From: Lytechinus pictus | Lineage: Eukaryota | Assembly (NCBI RefSeq): GCF_037042905.1 | Contig: NC_087245.1 | Coordinates: forward strand, 12,898,001-12,962,000 | DNA length: 64,000 nt | Reading direction: 5' to 3' | Part shown: positions 50,838 through 63,409 of the stretch, in pieces | How the letters are laid out: each line of letters begins with the position of its first letter | Numbering within the stretch: the stretch's first letter is position 1 | The notes under the pieces: model-generated | Told to the model about the DNA's origin: nothing | Databases searched by the model: none | The model's input: the letters and a program-made list of their open reading frames with translations, nothing else | Made by a program: the position numbers and the translations under genes

Positions 50838-51590
50838 TGTATCCCCCGAACAGAGTTCGGAGGATACTATGGATTTGGCCTCGCCGCGTCCGCCGCCGCA
50901 GAGATTTCCTTGTGAACGCTCTATCAGCTGCATTTCTTCTCCGATCATCTTCAAATTTGGCATGAAGGTCGAGTATGGTATAGCAAAGCCGCCTATCGAT
51001 TTTTGTGTGGGCAGAGGTCACATGGTAAGGTCAAAGGTCATTTTCAGGTCAACATTAAAGTTTACCATGCAAGACTCTCTTATGACACCTAACTCTGCAA
51101 CCGTAAGTCACTTTTCAACCAAACTTGGATGGTAGATGGCCTTGGGAAACCTGCATGTTATGCTGCAGTCAGAGGTCACATGTTAAGGTTAAAGGTAATT
51201 GTCAGGTCAACGTTAAAGTTTACATGCAAGACTCTCTTATGACACCTAACTCTGCAACCGTAAGTCACTTTTCAACCAAACTTGGATGGTAGATGGAATT
51301 TGGGGACCCGCATGTTATGCTGCAGTCAGAGGTCGCATGGTAAGGTCAAAGGTCATTTTCAGGTCAACGTTGAAGTTTACATGCAAGACTCTCTTTCTCC
51401 GCAACCATAAGTAATTTTTCAACCACACTTGGATGGTAGATGGGCTTGGGGGACCTGCATGCTTGGGTCATTGTCGCCATGATAATTGTATTGTCAAATT
51501 TCTGTGTGAGCTCTATATCGCAATGACGGATGACGCGGTGGGTTCGGGGATACATGTGCTCGGCTGCACGACCCGCCAAGCATCTCTAGT
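50838..51590 (+). mobile_element. Second HINE/DINE-like family with ~158-bp tandem units
   Basis: subTIR TGTATCCCCCGAAC / GTTCGGGGATACA, 5' hairpin, CCG microsatellite, end CTAGTT. A deleted derivative lies at about 50526-50590. Confidence 0.8.
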
Positions 51591-52885
51591 TCTTAAACAT
51601 ATGCACCCATAATGTACACAAGTCTATGAGAGACGAAGTCAAAATTTTAACAAATATGAAATGAGGATTTGTTTCATGGACGGTTTTTGTTACTTCTGCC
51701 AACAGTAGTTTCATGAATCTTCGCACATAGCTTCAGAGTAACTATCCAAAAGGCGCGCACACCAAAATAACCTTTGGATACGACACAGAGTGGGGCCAAG
51801 GCCTTGAACTTTCTTCTCATTTGCACAATTTTTGGATATTGTGTGCTCACTGATGCATTAAACATTGGGATTTTCATAAAAATCAAATCAAATTAACTAT
51901 GCAAGGAGGTGTGTGACAGATATCCATAGTTACAAATTGCATTTTTTCCAATAACGTAAAAAAGAGCTAATCACATTCCACATGTTCATTCAAGCGTGGA
52001 TATTTAATTAAACGCCTTTGAATTATCGAAGCATGTTAATAGGTCATGAACATAACGAAAAAGTTGAGAAAAGATCATTTTCAGTTCACAAAATGAAACA
52101 ATACTTGCCTATGATATGTGAAAATCATATTTTTTTGTTTTCAATAAATGTTTATTGAACCGTGAAACGATGAATATTGTTGAAGAACTCTTCCCAAAAA
52201 TAACTGTCATCATATTCTATAATTTTCATTGATAAAAATGTGTAAAAAATCCAATTATAGCAAATTTGGACTTGTGTTTGTTCAACCGTGAAATTTAGCC
52301 AAAAAAGTTGTATCGTCTTTTAGAAAGTACCTTTTACAAGCCTTCTGACTATTTTTCATGATGAGAATGTGGAATCAGTTCCAATAAAATGGAATCAAAG
52401 TTATATTTGGCTTGTGACCTTTGAAAAGTGACATTTTTGCCTTCTGACAGTGCTCACTGAAGCATGACGTAAAATACGTCCATAATATTTACTCAGAGGG
52501 TAGCTTATAAAATTACCTACACGCTCATGTAAAAATATATTAAAAACTTGCATTGGTTCGGAAATTATTGATGTTTGTTTAAGGGGGGACTTACTTTTTT
52601 TGTTGTGTATATATACTCAATCATTAACCTTGTATTAATGAATCTTAAAGACAATCCAAATATAAGGCATCTTTCCTGGGAGCACTGATCAACCGATGAG
52701 TTTATTCTGCTAACATGGTATTACCCCTACTCCCCAATAAACCCAATTTTCTGTTGATTATCTGTATAAAGCAAATGTTTCTTTTTTTCAGATGGAGAGG
52801 GCTCATGCCCCCCCCCAAAAAAAAAAAAAAATCATGACCAAGACAAAGAAAGATGAAAAGGAAAGAAGGGTGAAATTATATTACT

Positions 52886-54071
52886 TCCTGAAAAATATCT
52901 CAAAATCTGTCAGCAAATTGGAAATTTGTATTTTAAATGTCAAAACCTTTTGCTCGTTTGCAAATTTTAGAAATGAATTTCACGCGATGCGCCATATCTA
53001 GCCCCCTTTATATTTTTGGCGCATTACGCCACTTCATGGGATAGATGAAACCAATTTCTAATTGCAATTTTGTCAAACATAAAATGCTCAAGAAATAAAT
53101 CTTGATTGAATTTTCAAAATCACATTTCTTACTGCGAGTTAATAAGAATTCACAATTATTAGATTATTCTGTCCACCCACAAAGTGAAATTGATTTGTCT
53201 AATTACCATTGGAAAATCAATTATTGAATCTCAGTTTTTTACCTTGCGAGTGAAAGCCTCCAGTTTGTGACATTCTGTAGAGTAGCTATTGAGTCCCACT
53301 CAAGGACATTGAGTAATTTAACTTATTTATAATATCTAACTTAAAATTCTTTTCCCTTCCAGATAAAATATGGGCGGAAATGCTGAGAAGTGTGGAGGAG
53401 GTGGAGGAAGAAGAGGAAGATGAAGGAGGAGAAGAGGAGGAAGCCAATGCCCAGCCACCAGCTATACCGGTACCCAATTCTCCACAGCTGGTGGTTGGGC
53501 ATGCCAACCCTGGATTCTGGGCAAGACTGTGGCCATGGAATAAATAAGGGTGAGATGGTATTTCCTGAAAAATATATATCTCAAAATCTGTCACCAAATT
53601 GGAAATTTGTATTTAAAATGTCAAAACCTTTTGCTCATTTGCAAATTTTAAAAATGAATTTCACGCGATGCGCCATTTCTAGCCCCCTTTATATTTTTGG
53701 CGCATTACGCCACTTCATAGGATAGATAAAACCAATTTCTAATTGCAGTTTTGTCAAACATAAAATGCTCAGTAAATAATATCAATCATTTTTTAAAATC
53801 ACATTTCTTGCTGAAAGTTAATAAGAATTCACAATTATTAGATTATTCTGTCCACCCACAAAGTAAAATTGATTTGTCTAATTACCATTAGAAAATCAAT
53901 TATTGAATCTCAGTTTTTTACCTTGCAAGTGAAAGCCTCCAGTTTGTGACATTTTGTAGAGTAGCTATTGAGTCCCACTCAAGGACATTGATTAATTTAA
54001 CTTTTGAAAAAAAGGAGGATAGTGAGAGAAAATTTATAATATCTGACTTTTTAAATTCTTTTCCCTTCCAG
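52886..54071 (+). repeat. Direct tandem duplication (about 52886-53362 vs 53563-54071) of an intron ending in a splice acceptor
   Basis: Near-identical blocks, both ending in ttcttttcccttccag. Confidence 0.9.
53363..53547 (+). CDS. Candidate last coding exon of the 100-aa orphan (acidic tract, Trp-rich tail)
   Basis: Strong acceptor; the phase-1 frame reads KIWAEMLRSVEEVEEEEEDEGGEEEEANAQPPAIPVPNSPQLVVGHANPGFWARLWPWNK*; donor G|gtgaga 2 nt after the stop. Confidence 0.5.
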
Positions 54072-56473
54072 TCAAAATTTAGCTTGAGTGGAGGAAGGAG
54101 AGGAGAGAAAGAGGGAGACATCGAAGGAAGAGGCGAGGAGGAGGAAGTCAAAACTCAACCCCCAGTCGCAAGTTGTTTTTTTTTCATATATTTTTTTTGT
54201 ATTGCCCGTGTGAGCAACACATGTTTCTGGAGAATTATTTTATTACTTTTCTTTGCCACTATATTATATAAACATGCCATCATTTTTGTCATTGTCAATA
54301 CGTACGGGCTAGAATTGTACCTATTACAGATGCTATTTATTATTTCTACCCTCGGAAAGAGATTTCTGAAATTTATAGAAATTGTTCCTTTCCAAATTAT
54401 TACAAGATAGACAAATAGAACAAGATGTGACAAAGTTTCATCCTGCTAGGTTAAAGGGTTTAAATTTAACCACAGTGTTTGATCAGTCTGTATGGAACAT
54501 GTTATCTTTTTCTATATAGTAGACATAAAATAGCAGATTACAAACAGGTTTTAGAATAATTTGAGAGAGACAATTATTGTATTATCATTCAAGCGAAATT
54601 TCAATGTCTACATTCAATCTCGAGCTAAAATGAAGATTCAAGTCATAATATGACGAAAGACAATGATTCAATCGTTGATGAAGTCGATTGAAGTGTAGAA
54701 TTATTGATAACCTTAGATGAAGTTTCAATTTTCCTGGAGTAGATGAAATGGAAACCTCTGTCATGTACAGTATCAACACTGTGGTTAAATTTTTAAAGGG
54801 CATACTACTGGATACCTTGCTCTTAATCTTTACCTATCTTTGTACGTAGTGAGCATTACAGGAGACATGACATGTGAGCTGCAATTTTATAAAATGTGAC
54901 CAGGCATGGTCAACCCCTCAAAAAAGTCGCACTAATGTTGAGCTCCAATTAATTATAAGTTTATTCCACTGCTTTTACTTTTTAGTCTCGCACAACTTTC
55001 GGGACCGAAACTGTGACCCCCAGGTACGCAGTTCCAAAATTACACAACATTTCGTTAGTGCATGCAGACCCATAATTCCTCAAAAACATGAATTCGTGGA
55101 CAAATCCAATGCAAATAGTCTTTTTAGCCAAAATTAAAAAATGTATAAATTTTCACTTTACTGATTAAAATCAATTAATTTCAGTGCTGCAGAGTAAAGT
55201 ACAGGTTCTCTTAAGGATGTTACAGTTATGTTTGTGCGCATCATCATCCATGCATTATTACACTATTTGCGCTGTGACATCACAGTGGATGAACTGGTGA
55301 TTATTCAGCTGTCAGTATGGGCTGATTTTTCTCATCTGCACTCTTAACTGCAGATTCGATTTGTTATTTCATGAAGCTAATAAACTGGAATTATTCCATG
55401 GACCATTTTTAAAAAATACCTAGACAATTTCAAAATACTTTACTCTGCAGTGAGTGCTGCAAAGTACGACGAATATGACCCCTAGTTTGAATAAATGGGA
55501 GAGTGGTTTGGAATTTTTCCTCACATAGATACAAAGCATTTGGCATGTTTTTTGGTGTTTTAAAAAGCACATTTGCTCTGATAAAAGTGCTGATAGTTTG
55601 AAAACAAGCAAATGAACCCCAATTTTTTAGGTTTGCACCTCTTAGGTATACTGCATTTGGCAGTGATATGCGCTATTTAAGCATGTTGGTTGGTACCTTC
55701 CTACACAACTTTGCAAAGTGTGGTGAAAATGATATGGGTTTTGAATAAAGTGCTGAATTTATTTTACTTCTCAAGTTTATTATTGAAATTTCACATTTTC
55801 GTGATTGGGTTTTTGTTTTATAGCTTTCACACTATTTTTAAGAACTGACATAGCTGTTTGACTGAAAAAACAGACAAGTAGCAATATGAATAGATTCTCT
55901 ATCTTAAGGATACAATTAACTATATTGCATAATTTGATGGATTTTTCATAGATTTTGACTGAGTAATATAGGTTTAAACTCATTGTAGTGATCCTGTGAG
56001 GTCTAAAAACGCCAAATTCTTTTGAATGCGCAATTCTTAAGAACATCCATTAGGTGAACTTTGAAACTCTATAGCAACAAATCAAGCACATGGACCTATG
56101 TTAATTTTGCATATGAAATATTGACAGATAATCTGATATCAAATGTCAACCTGTTCAAAAATCTTTCAACCACCACCATTTGAAAATTAGTGATAAGGTG
56201 ATCAACCATTCTCGTCTTGCTGAGAAAGATCATCGTTCCCTAAAATGAATAACCAATGGCCATGGTTTAGAGATTTTTTAGTACAAGTTGGTATTTGATT
56301 AGATTATCTGTCAATGCTTGGGCATTTCATACTTTTTAAAGACCATTTCAGAAGGGAACAGTTGGTAAGTATGTATATATTGGTAATACCCCATTCACAT
56401 TCATTTTGCAGGACTTTAGAACATCACATTGTTTACATTCACAGTCACACAGCAAGCTCTGTAGTTGTTGATT

Positions 56474-59085
56474 AAACCCCTGCCAAACAAAGTTTGAAGG
56501 GGTATATACAGGGGCGGATCCAGCCTTCGCCAATAGGGGAGGCCCAGAATTTTTTTTCAGCCATATTTTCCCCGATCGGCCGCTCGAAGAGGATTTTTGG
56601 TTTCTTTGAAGGGGTAGTCCTAATAGTCACTTCTTAGCTTTATTCTTATAAATCAACATAAAAATATAATATCATATGTTCTTATATAATGCGAGCGCGA
56701 AGCGCGAGCTGAATTTTTTTGGAAATCTTATGTATTTTTTCCTAAAATTTGAACATTCTGGGCAATGTTTGTTATCATGAAAAAGATGTGTATGCAACTA
56801 AATAATTACAATGAACGCGAGCAGAAATGAACTGATGGAAAAGGTACATGTTAATTAAGACTGCATGCAGTTAGCTATGAAGACATTACATATTTACAAA
56901 AAATAAAAAAATGCGAGCACGAAGCGCGAGCTGAAATTTTTTGACATTTTTACCTTAAGAATGGAAATTCTAAGCATTTTTTTAAAACTTAAGCACAACA
57001 GTTATGCGAGTGCTAAGCGCGAGCGGAATATTTCGAGATTTAGACCTACTGATGTAAACCATGAAAAGGATGAGTAATTGGGGATCTTCCTTACATTAAT
57101 AATGTGAGTGCAAAGCGCGAGCAGAAAATTTTTATATACGTTTTGAAATGATCGAAACCTGTTAAGGACTGCTTGCACTTAGCCATGAAGACGTTACATA
57201 TTGCAACAATCAAATAATGCTCGCGCTTTGCGCGAGCTGAGAAAAAATTTGACATTTCTACATAAAGAATGGAAAATTTTAATCAATTCTTTGTAATCGT
57301 GAACAGGATAGCTATTAACTAAACAATTGATGCGAAGCGCGACCGGAAAAAAAATCGAGATTAAGACCTAAAAACGGGACACTCTATTCATGAGTAATAG
57401 GGGATCTTTCTACATGAATAATGCGAGCACAAAGTGCGAGCAGAAAATTTTTGATATTGTGTGATCTGAAACTGGATAATTATTTGAATAGAGAACAAGT
57501 TGAGTATCTGCATAAACATGCGCGCGTGTTTCATATTTAGACCTAGAATCCAGCCATTCTAAATAATCTTTTATCATGAAAATCAAAGCGAGCGCAAAGC
57601 GCGAGCTTGAACAATTTGATCTTCTGATCTGAAAAAAAATTAGAGTCAATTTCAGCTCTATATTTCAAGCACTTCCTATTCCTCCTGCTACGCGCGAGAT
57701 GAATAAAAAAGGACAATTTAATTGTTAAATTAATATCTTGTTCATTGATGCCTAATGAGAATGAGGCAGCGAAATCTGATAATATTATGGCCTGAAACTG
57801 GACATTTTTTTTGTAATTATAAATAGGATGCATCAGTTAATATATTTTTAACCATTAATGCAAGTGCAAATTGTGAGCCAAAATTTGTTATAAACTATTG
57901 TAATGTTATTTATATTTTGATCAATAAAGATTGAAAGAAAGAAAAAACTATCATAAAAAGTGGACTTTAAGTAGTTTGTTGTATAATCAATATTGAGACA
58001 TACATAACTTGCCAATCAAAATGCGACCGTGCAGCGCTATACGTTTCGACAATCAGACCTGAAAAGGGATATTTTGAAAACTTTATGGAATACACGAAAA
58101 TAATAGGTACCTGATAAATCAAAATTTGCGAGCGCGCAACGCGAGCAGAAAATGTTAATATTCAGACCATAAAACTGACATTTTTACAGAGCACTTTTTA
58201 AGAATAAATTTGTAAATCACATAAAATAATGAAAGTTCGGTTTCCGAGGTGAAATATGTTTTGTATATTGACTTGACTTGATATTGAACAAGATATGAAA
58301 ATCACCTAACAGGCATTGCGAGCAGCAATGTCTTCTTATTTTTATATTCACTCGTCTTCCTCCTCTTTCTCCCCTCTTTTCCCTCTTTTTTTCTTTCTTT
58401 CCCTTTTTCCCTTTTTTTTGCTCCGCCAATAGGGGGGCCCGGGCCCCTCGGGCCCCCCCCCCCCCCTGGATCAGCCTATGTATATATGTATAGAAATCAG
58501 TGTACAGTCGGTCCGTTGCAAATCTTGCGCATCAAACTACTCCCTCAGTTTTTTACCTATTCTCATGAAAGTTGGAACACATATCGATTTGGGGGTATAG
58601 ATGTTCAAGACTCATTTTTTTTAGTTTCAGAAATCATGTTGCCATGGTAACAGCACATTATGAAGTTAAAATTGTGTAAAAATCTTGCGGTTTGAATTCA
58701 TCAATTTTCACCAATTCTTGTGAAATTTGGCTCACACATTCATTTTGAGGTAAAGATGTGTGAGATACATATTTTGTATGTCGGAAATTGTGTTGCCTTG
58801 GTAACAAAATCTTTCGGTTCGTACTACATGTACATCAGTTTTCAATCAGTTCTCATGAAATTAGCTCAGACATCGGTCTTGAGGTGAAGATGTGCAGGAC
58901 ATATTTTTCCATTTCAGTAATCATGTTGCCTTGGTAACAACATATTGTATTGTAAAAATCTTGCAATTTTAACTACTTTATCAGTTTTTAACCAATTCTC
59001 ATGATTTTAGCTCACACATTTGTCTAGTAAAAATAGGCAAGGTTAATTTTTCCAAGTGTTGGAAATTGTTGCCTTGGTAACACCG
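56474..59085 (+). mobile_element. Degenerate HINE-like element with ~135-155-bp units, split by 56509-58480
   Basis: 5' hairpin ACCCCT..caaac..gtttg..AGGGGT, a GTCGGTCCG remnant, and four units containing GTTGCCWTGGTAAC. Confidence 0.55.
56509..58480 (-). mobile_element. Inverted copy of the 2.1-kb hAT-like family
   Basis: CAGGGGCGGATCCAGCC ... CTGGATCAGCCTATG. Confidence 0.85.
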
Positions 59086-59340
59086 GCAGTATCAACCACT
59101 TGATCACCTTTAATAATTGATAGTTCTAGTTTTAAGGGGAGTTGGAGTAGTTTGTTCAGTTTGATAATAATATTCCTGGCTGGGTTATGGTGACTCATGA
59201 ATGATGAACCTAAATATTGGGTAATGCCTCTGAAATGAAGGTGGATGGTATGCCAAGTCAGTCGGTTGATTTTTTTGTATGGTGAGTTGGGGGGGTTGGG
59301 GAAATTGAATTGAGTATTTTGGTTTAGTGTTATATCAGTT

Positions 59341-59595
59341 CAAGGGCAGAAATATCTCCCCAAAGGTAGGGGAACCAGGGGCTGGAAAATTTGACAAGCA
59401 AAAAAAAAGAAAGTTATCACCCAAAAAGTAAGGTCATCTCGTCCAAACTCCAAAATACAGGTTTTATTTCGATTTTGTATTTTTTTCCATCATAAGAGAC
59501 CACAAATAGTAGGGGGGACATTTGGCATTGTGTCCCCCCTACTATTTTTGGCAGGGGGGACGTGCCCCCTGTCCACCCTGGGATTTCCGCCCATG
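59341..59595. mobile_element. hAT-type MITE, 8-bp TSD TATCAGTT
   Basis: Perfect TSD at 59333-59340 and 59596-59603; relative of 37199-39596. Confidence 0.85.
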
Positions 59596-59639
59596 TATCA
59601 GTTACATGTATGTTTCTTAATTCCTGACTGGGAGATGGG

Positions 59640-60152
59640 GACCGGGTACTCAACCACAAAAGTTGCAGGTATGTGCCGCAGGTGAGAAAAAAAACGGGGG
59701 CTTTGGAGCGGGCTTATTCATTGTAAAAACGAGGGTCCTCTGAAAGGGCTTCGGAACTACAAATGTTTGTGAAAACGGGGGTCCTTGGAACGGGTCGCCT
59801 GCGTGTGAGTGCGTATGCATCTCACGAGCGCCAGGTTCGCTCGCGCAGAGGTGATGGTCGGACAGCGCTCTTTGGGCTGCTTTTCTCCAAAAATGCAGCT
59901 CATTGTAATGGATCAATGCGGCTGGAACAGCGTAACGAAAAATATGCAAAGCTTTGGAACGGAATTCTTTTTTCTCAAGAAGGTAAATGCTACGGTTTAG
60001 AGTGGCTTTCTGTTCTTTTTCTCAATAAGATAAAATGCTATGCTTTGGAACTAATTACTTCGAACGGAAATTTAAGTGTAAAAATGGGGATCCTCTCCAC
60101 GGCACATACCCACCATGCATTATATACGGTACTGAGAGACCCCCCTCCCCCA
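59640..60152. mobile_element. Diverged inverted copy of the 31011 MITE family
   Basis: Reverse-complement match (gggggtccttggaacggg, ggcacatacccac); the termini are decayed. Confidence 0.75.
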
Positions 60153-62224
60153 GTGATGGGGATCTGTGACTTTATATGCCCACAGCCTCGTTCAGGTCTG
60201 TTAAATTGTAAATGTGAGCTGCCTTGTCCGTTCAGATAAGAGATACATTTAGCCTGATAGATTTATTGTTGACTCTTGGCTGGGAGATGATGGTCCGTGA
60301 AGTGGGTCTTGGATGTTAAACTCTAGTAGGCCACTATTGTCAGATTTTTATAGTTCTATTGTTTTTTTTTTACCAGTGCATAACAAAATTTGTGCAATGC
60401 ACCATTTCCTCAGTATTTTCCTCAATATTATTTCCATGTGTTAGAAACTGTTGCCACTGTAACGTCATAGGGCCAGGGTATTAATCCCCTTCAGTGATAG
60501 TTCTAGTTTATAGTTTACATAACTAGTGTAAGGAGATTCTGGCAGGGAAATAGTGGCCGACGAATTGTATGCCTATAATATAGATGTAGGCTGCAGCTTT
60601 TAAATTTGTTACAAGTCTATAATGCTGTTTTTACGAAACATCAATAGGACCTCTGTTACACCGGCTTTCCTAAATAGTCTCTGGCAGGTTTCTAATCCGA
60701 TGTAAACGCACAAACCTACCCAAGACCCCTTCTGAGCAAACCTATCTTGGACCACCTAGCAATTTGTTGAGGACCGGTCTTTTTTTGTACTAAACAACTC
60801 TCACCAAATCCGAGTTGATATTAACAAGTAGGGTAGTGTAAGACCGGATTGTATATGAGCATTCGTAGTCTTCTCATCAGATGTATGTGGAGGAGCCTTG
60901 GTGTAGTGGTTCTGACTCTCTCCTTGTAAACAACAAATTAAATTTTAAAAAATTTAAAAAATAATAGATGCAAGCGCGAGCTGAAAATTTTGATATTTTG
61001 AAAAAAAAAGAGTTTAATTGACGTTTTTGATAAAGACAAGAAATATATCCAACAAAAGATTATTGCAAATCGAAGTGGGAGTTCTTTTGAGGTATAGAAC
61101 TGAAAACAGGACATTCTATTCACCTATTCAATCATGAAAAGTATGGGTTTTTGCTACAGAAATGATGCGAGCGCAAAGCGCGAGCTGAAATTTTTTTATA
61201 TTCTAGTCTGAAAACCGGACATTTTGAGCACGATTTTAGATGAAGAACGAGTTGTGTATCTCAATCTCGCTTGCTGATTTCTGTGTAACATTACAATCTT
61301 ATTTTATTTTTTGCACATGCGGAATTATTGGGGGGGCAAAACGATATGTTTGCCCCCCCAATATTTTCATTGGTGGGGCGGTTGCCCCCCCCTGCCCCCC
61401 CATGATCGACGCCTCTGTCCCTCGGATATCCATGTTTACTTTTTTGTGACATGCCTCCCACAGTTATCCGTGCTAGTGTAACAAAGTAGATTGATACATC
61501 ACGTTTATTAATGTAGTTCATGAAAATACTTTAAAATACTTGATTTTCTTATCTATGAGATATTGGATATATATATCCATCTACTATAGAGGACATATAG
61601 CGTGCGTGCTAGCATGATACGGATGTGAACATAGGAAGTGACCATAAGTTCACCAGGAGATGAAGCTATTGTGCAAAAATCTGTGTACTATATTTGAGGG
61701 CAGTTCATTTAAACATAAATTGACAAAAGTAGATGGATAAATGTACATTCGATTATCTCATAAATATGATAATCAGCTATTTTCATGTTTTGCTTAATAG
61801 CATGAGACTTGTAAAGTCAAAGAAATAAGCTGCAGCCTCTGTGCCTAGATCATTGGCTAATGATATGCCTGCAAGGCCTTGCCCCTTATTAATTTAGAGG
61901 AACAGCCTCGTCCAGTCAGATTAGGAGAGAGTTTGTAGCATCTCTAGATTAGTATACCTTGCTGGCTTGCTTGGATATGATGACCTTTGAATTATGGGCA
62001 GCGCTTGCCCCTTTAACTAATGTGCGGGTGCCCAGTCAGATCTTTATATTTATTTTTTAATGGTTTACGTAGTTCATATCAAGTTTGGCTAAGAGATGGT
62101 GGGTGGGGGGGGGGGTGTAAAAATATTTTCATCTTTATGTTTCCCGATCTGATATTCTAGCACTTTTTGTAACGTGGACATGGTGTATATGTATTATCTA
62201 AACTAGTGCTTCCCAACCTTTTTT

Positions 62225-62759
62225 CCCGGGGGGGGGGGGGGGGGGGCACTTCCATTCACGAGTGGATACCATACGCTACCATGGGGTCTCGAAAAGCACC
62301 CTAAACACGTAATTTCCATATTCTGAAAATGCACCCCTTAACAAGTATTGGCGCGTGAAGCCCTACCCTTAACAAGTATTGGAAACAAAACGATACTCTT
62401 GGCAAATATTCCCTGAAATGAACCCCTAAACAAGTACAGGAATGTTTAATTGTTACGGGTCCTTCGGTCGTCGGCTTTACCTTATTTGGTGCGCAAATCG
62501 GACTCTAAACATGAAGTGTTGGGGCAAAATAGACATCCTTTATAAAACATTATAATTTTGTTTTATCATTCCCGCAAATTCGACCCTAAACACGTAATTT
62601 TCCTAGCGAAACAGACACCCTTTTTTCATTATTTTTGTGTTTTTGACACCCTTATCACGTTACGTACGTAACGTGATCTATCGTGAAAAGGACATCCTTT
62701 TTACGTGTTTTTTGGGTCGCGCATGGTATCCACTCGTCAATGTAAGTGGCCCCCCCGGG
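62225..62759. mobile_element. CCCGGG-terminated MITE, TSD CCTTTTTT, nested in an older hAT-like element (about 62204-63148)
   Basis: Copy of 45266-45831 with a perfect 8-bp TSD. Confidence 0.9.
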
Positions 62760-63409
62760 CCTTTTTTACTCAAGGACCACTTGACTCAGATTTATTTTTT
62801 AAGGCCCACCTACCAAACTTTTAAGAAAACAGTTTGAGAACTAATCTGCTTTCACAAAATGTCTGATAAATGAAACTACATGTACATGAACAATATGCAT
62901 GCACATGAGGTTCAAATAAAAGTTAGATAAAAACCATCATAGTGTTCATGCTTTGCAACATGCATGATACCTATAAAGCATGCTTTAGTTTTTTAGATCC
63001 ATGTACACTTATTGGACATGCCATGTTCGGACAGGTCCGTGAAATCACAGTTTTTCTCCTATTTTTTTCTCCTGGAGCTTCTCGCTGACCACCAGAGAGA
63101 GCTTCGCGACCCACCTGTGGGCCGCGCTTACTGTTTGAGAAGCGCTGATGTAAACAACTGGTGGGATCACAAAATGCGAGCTGAAATTTTTTATATTCTG
63201 ACCTCAAATTTGGACATTCTCAGCACTTACATGTATCTCACAATAAACAGGATCGATCGTCACCTTACTAAACAATTAATGCGAACACGAAGTGCAAGAT
63301 GAAAATTTTTGATATTCAGACTTAAAATTTTGACTTTCTAAGCATATTATGAACAGGATTGGCATCTAACTATGCATTTGATGCAAGCACCAAACTCGCC
63401 TCCCCCCCT

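Noticed and set aside
53390..53725. Basic 111-aa ORF from the ORF track
   Set aside because: Alternative frame of the Glu-rich exon running into duplicated intron sequence, with a non-ATG start.
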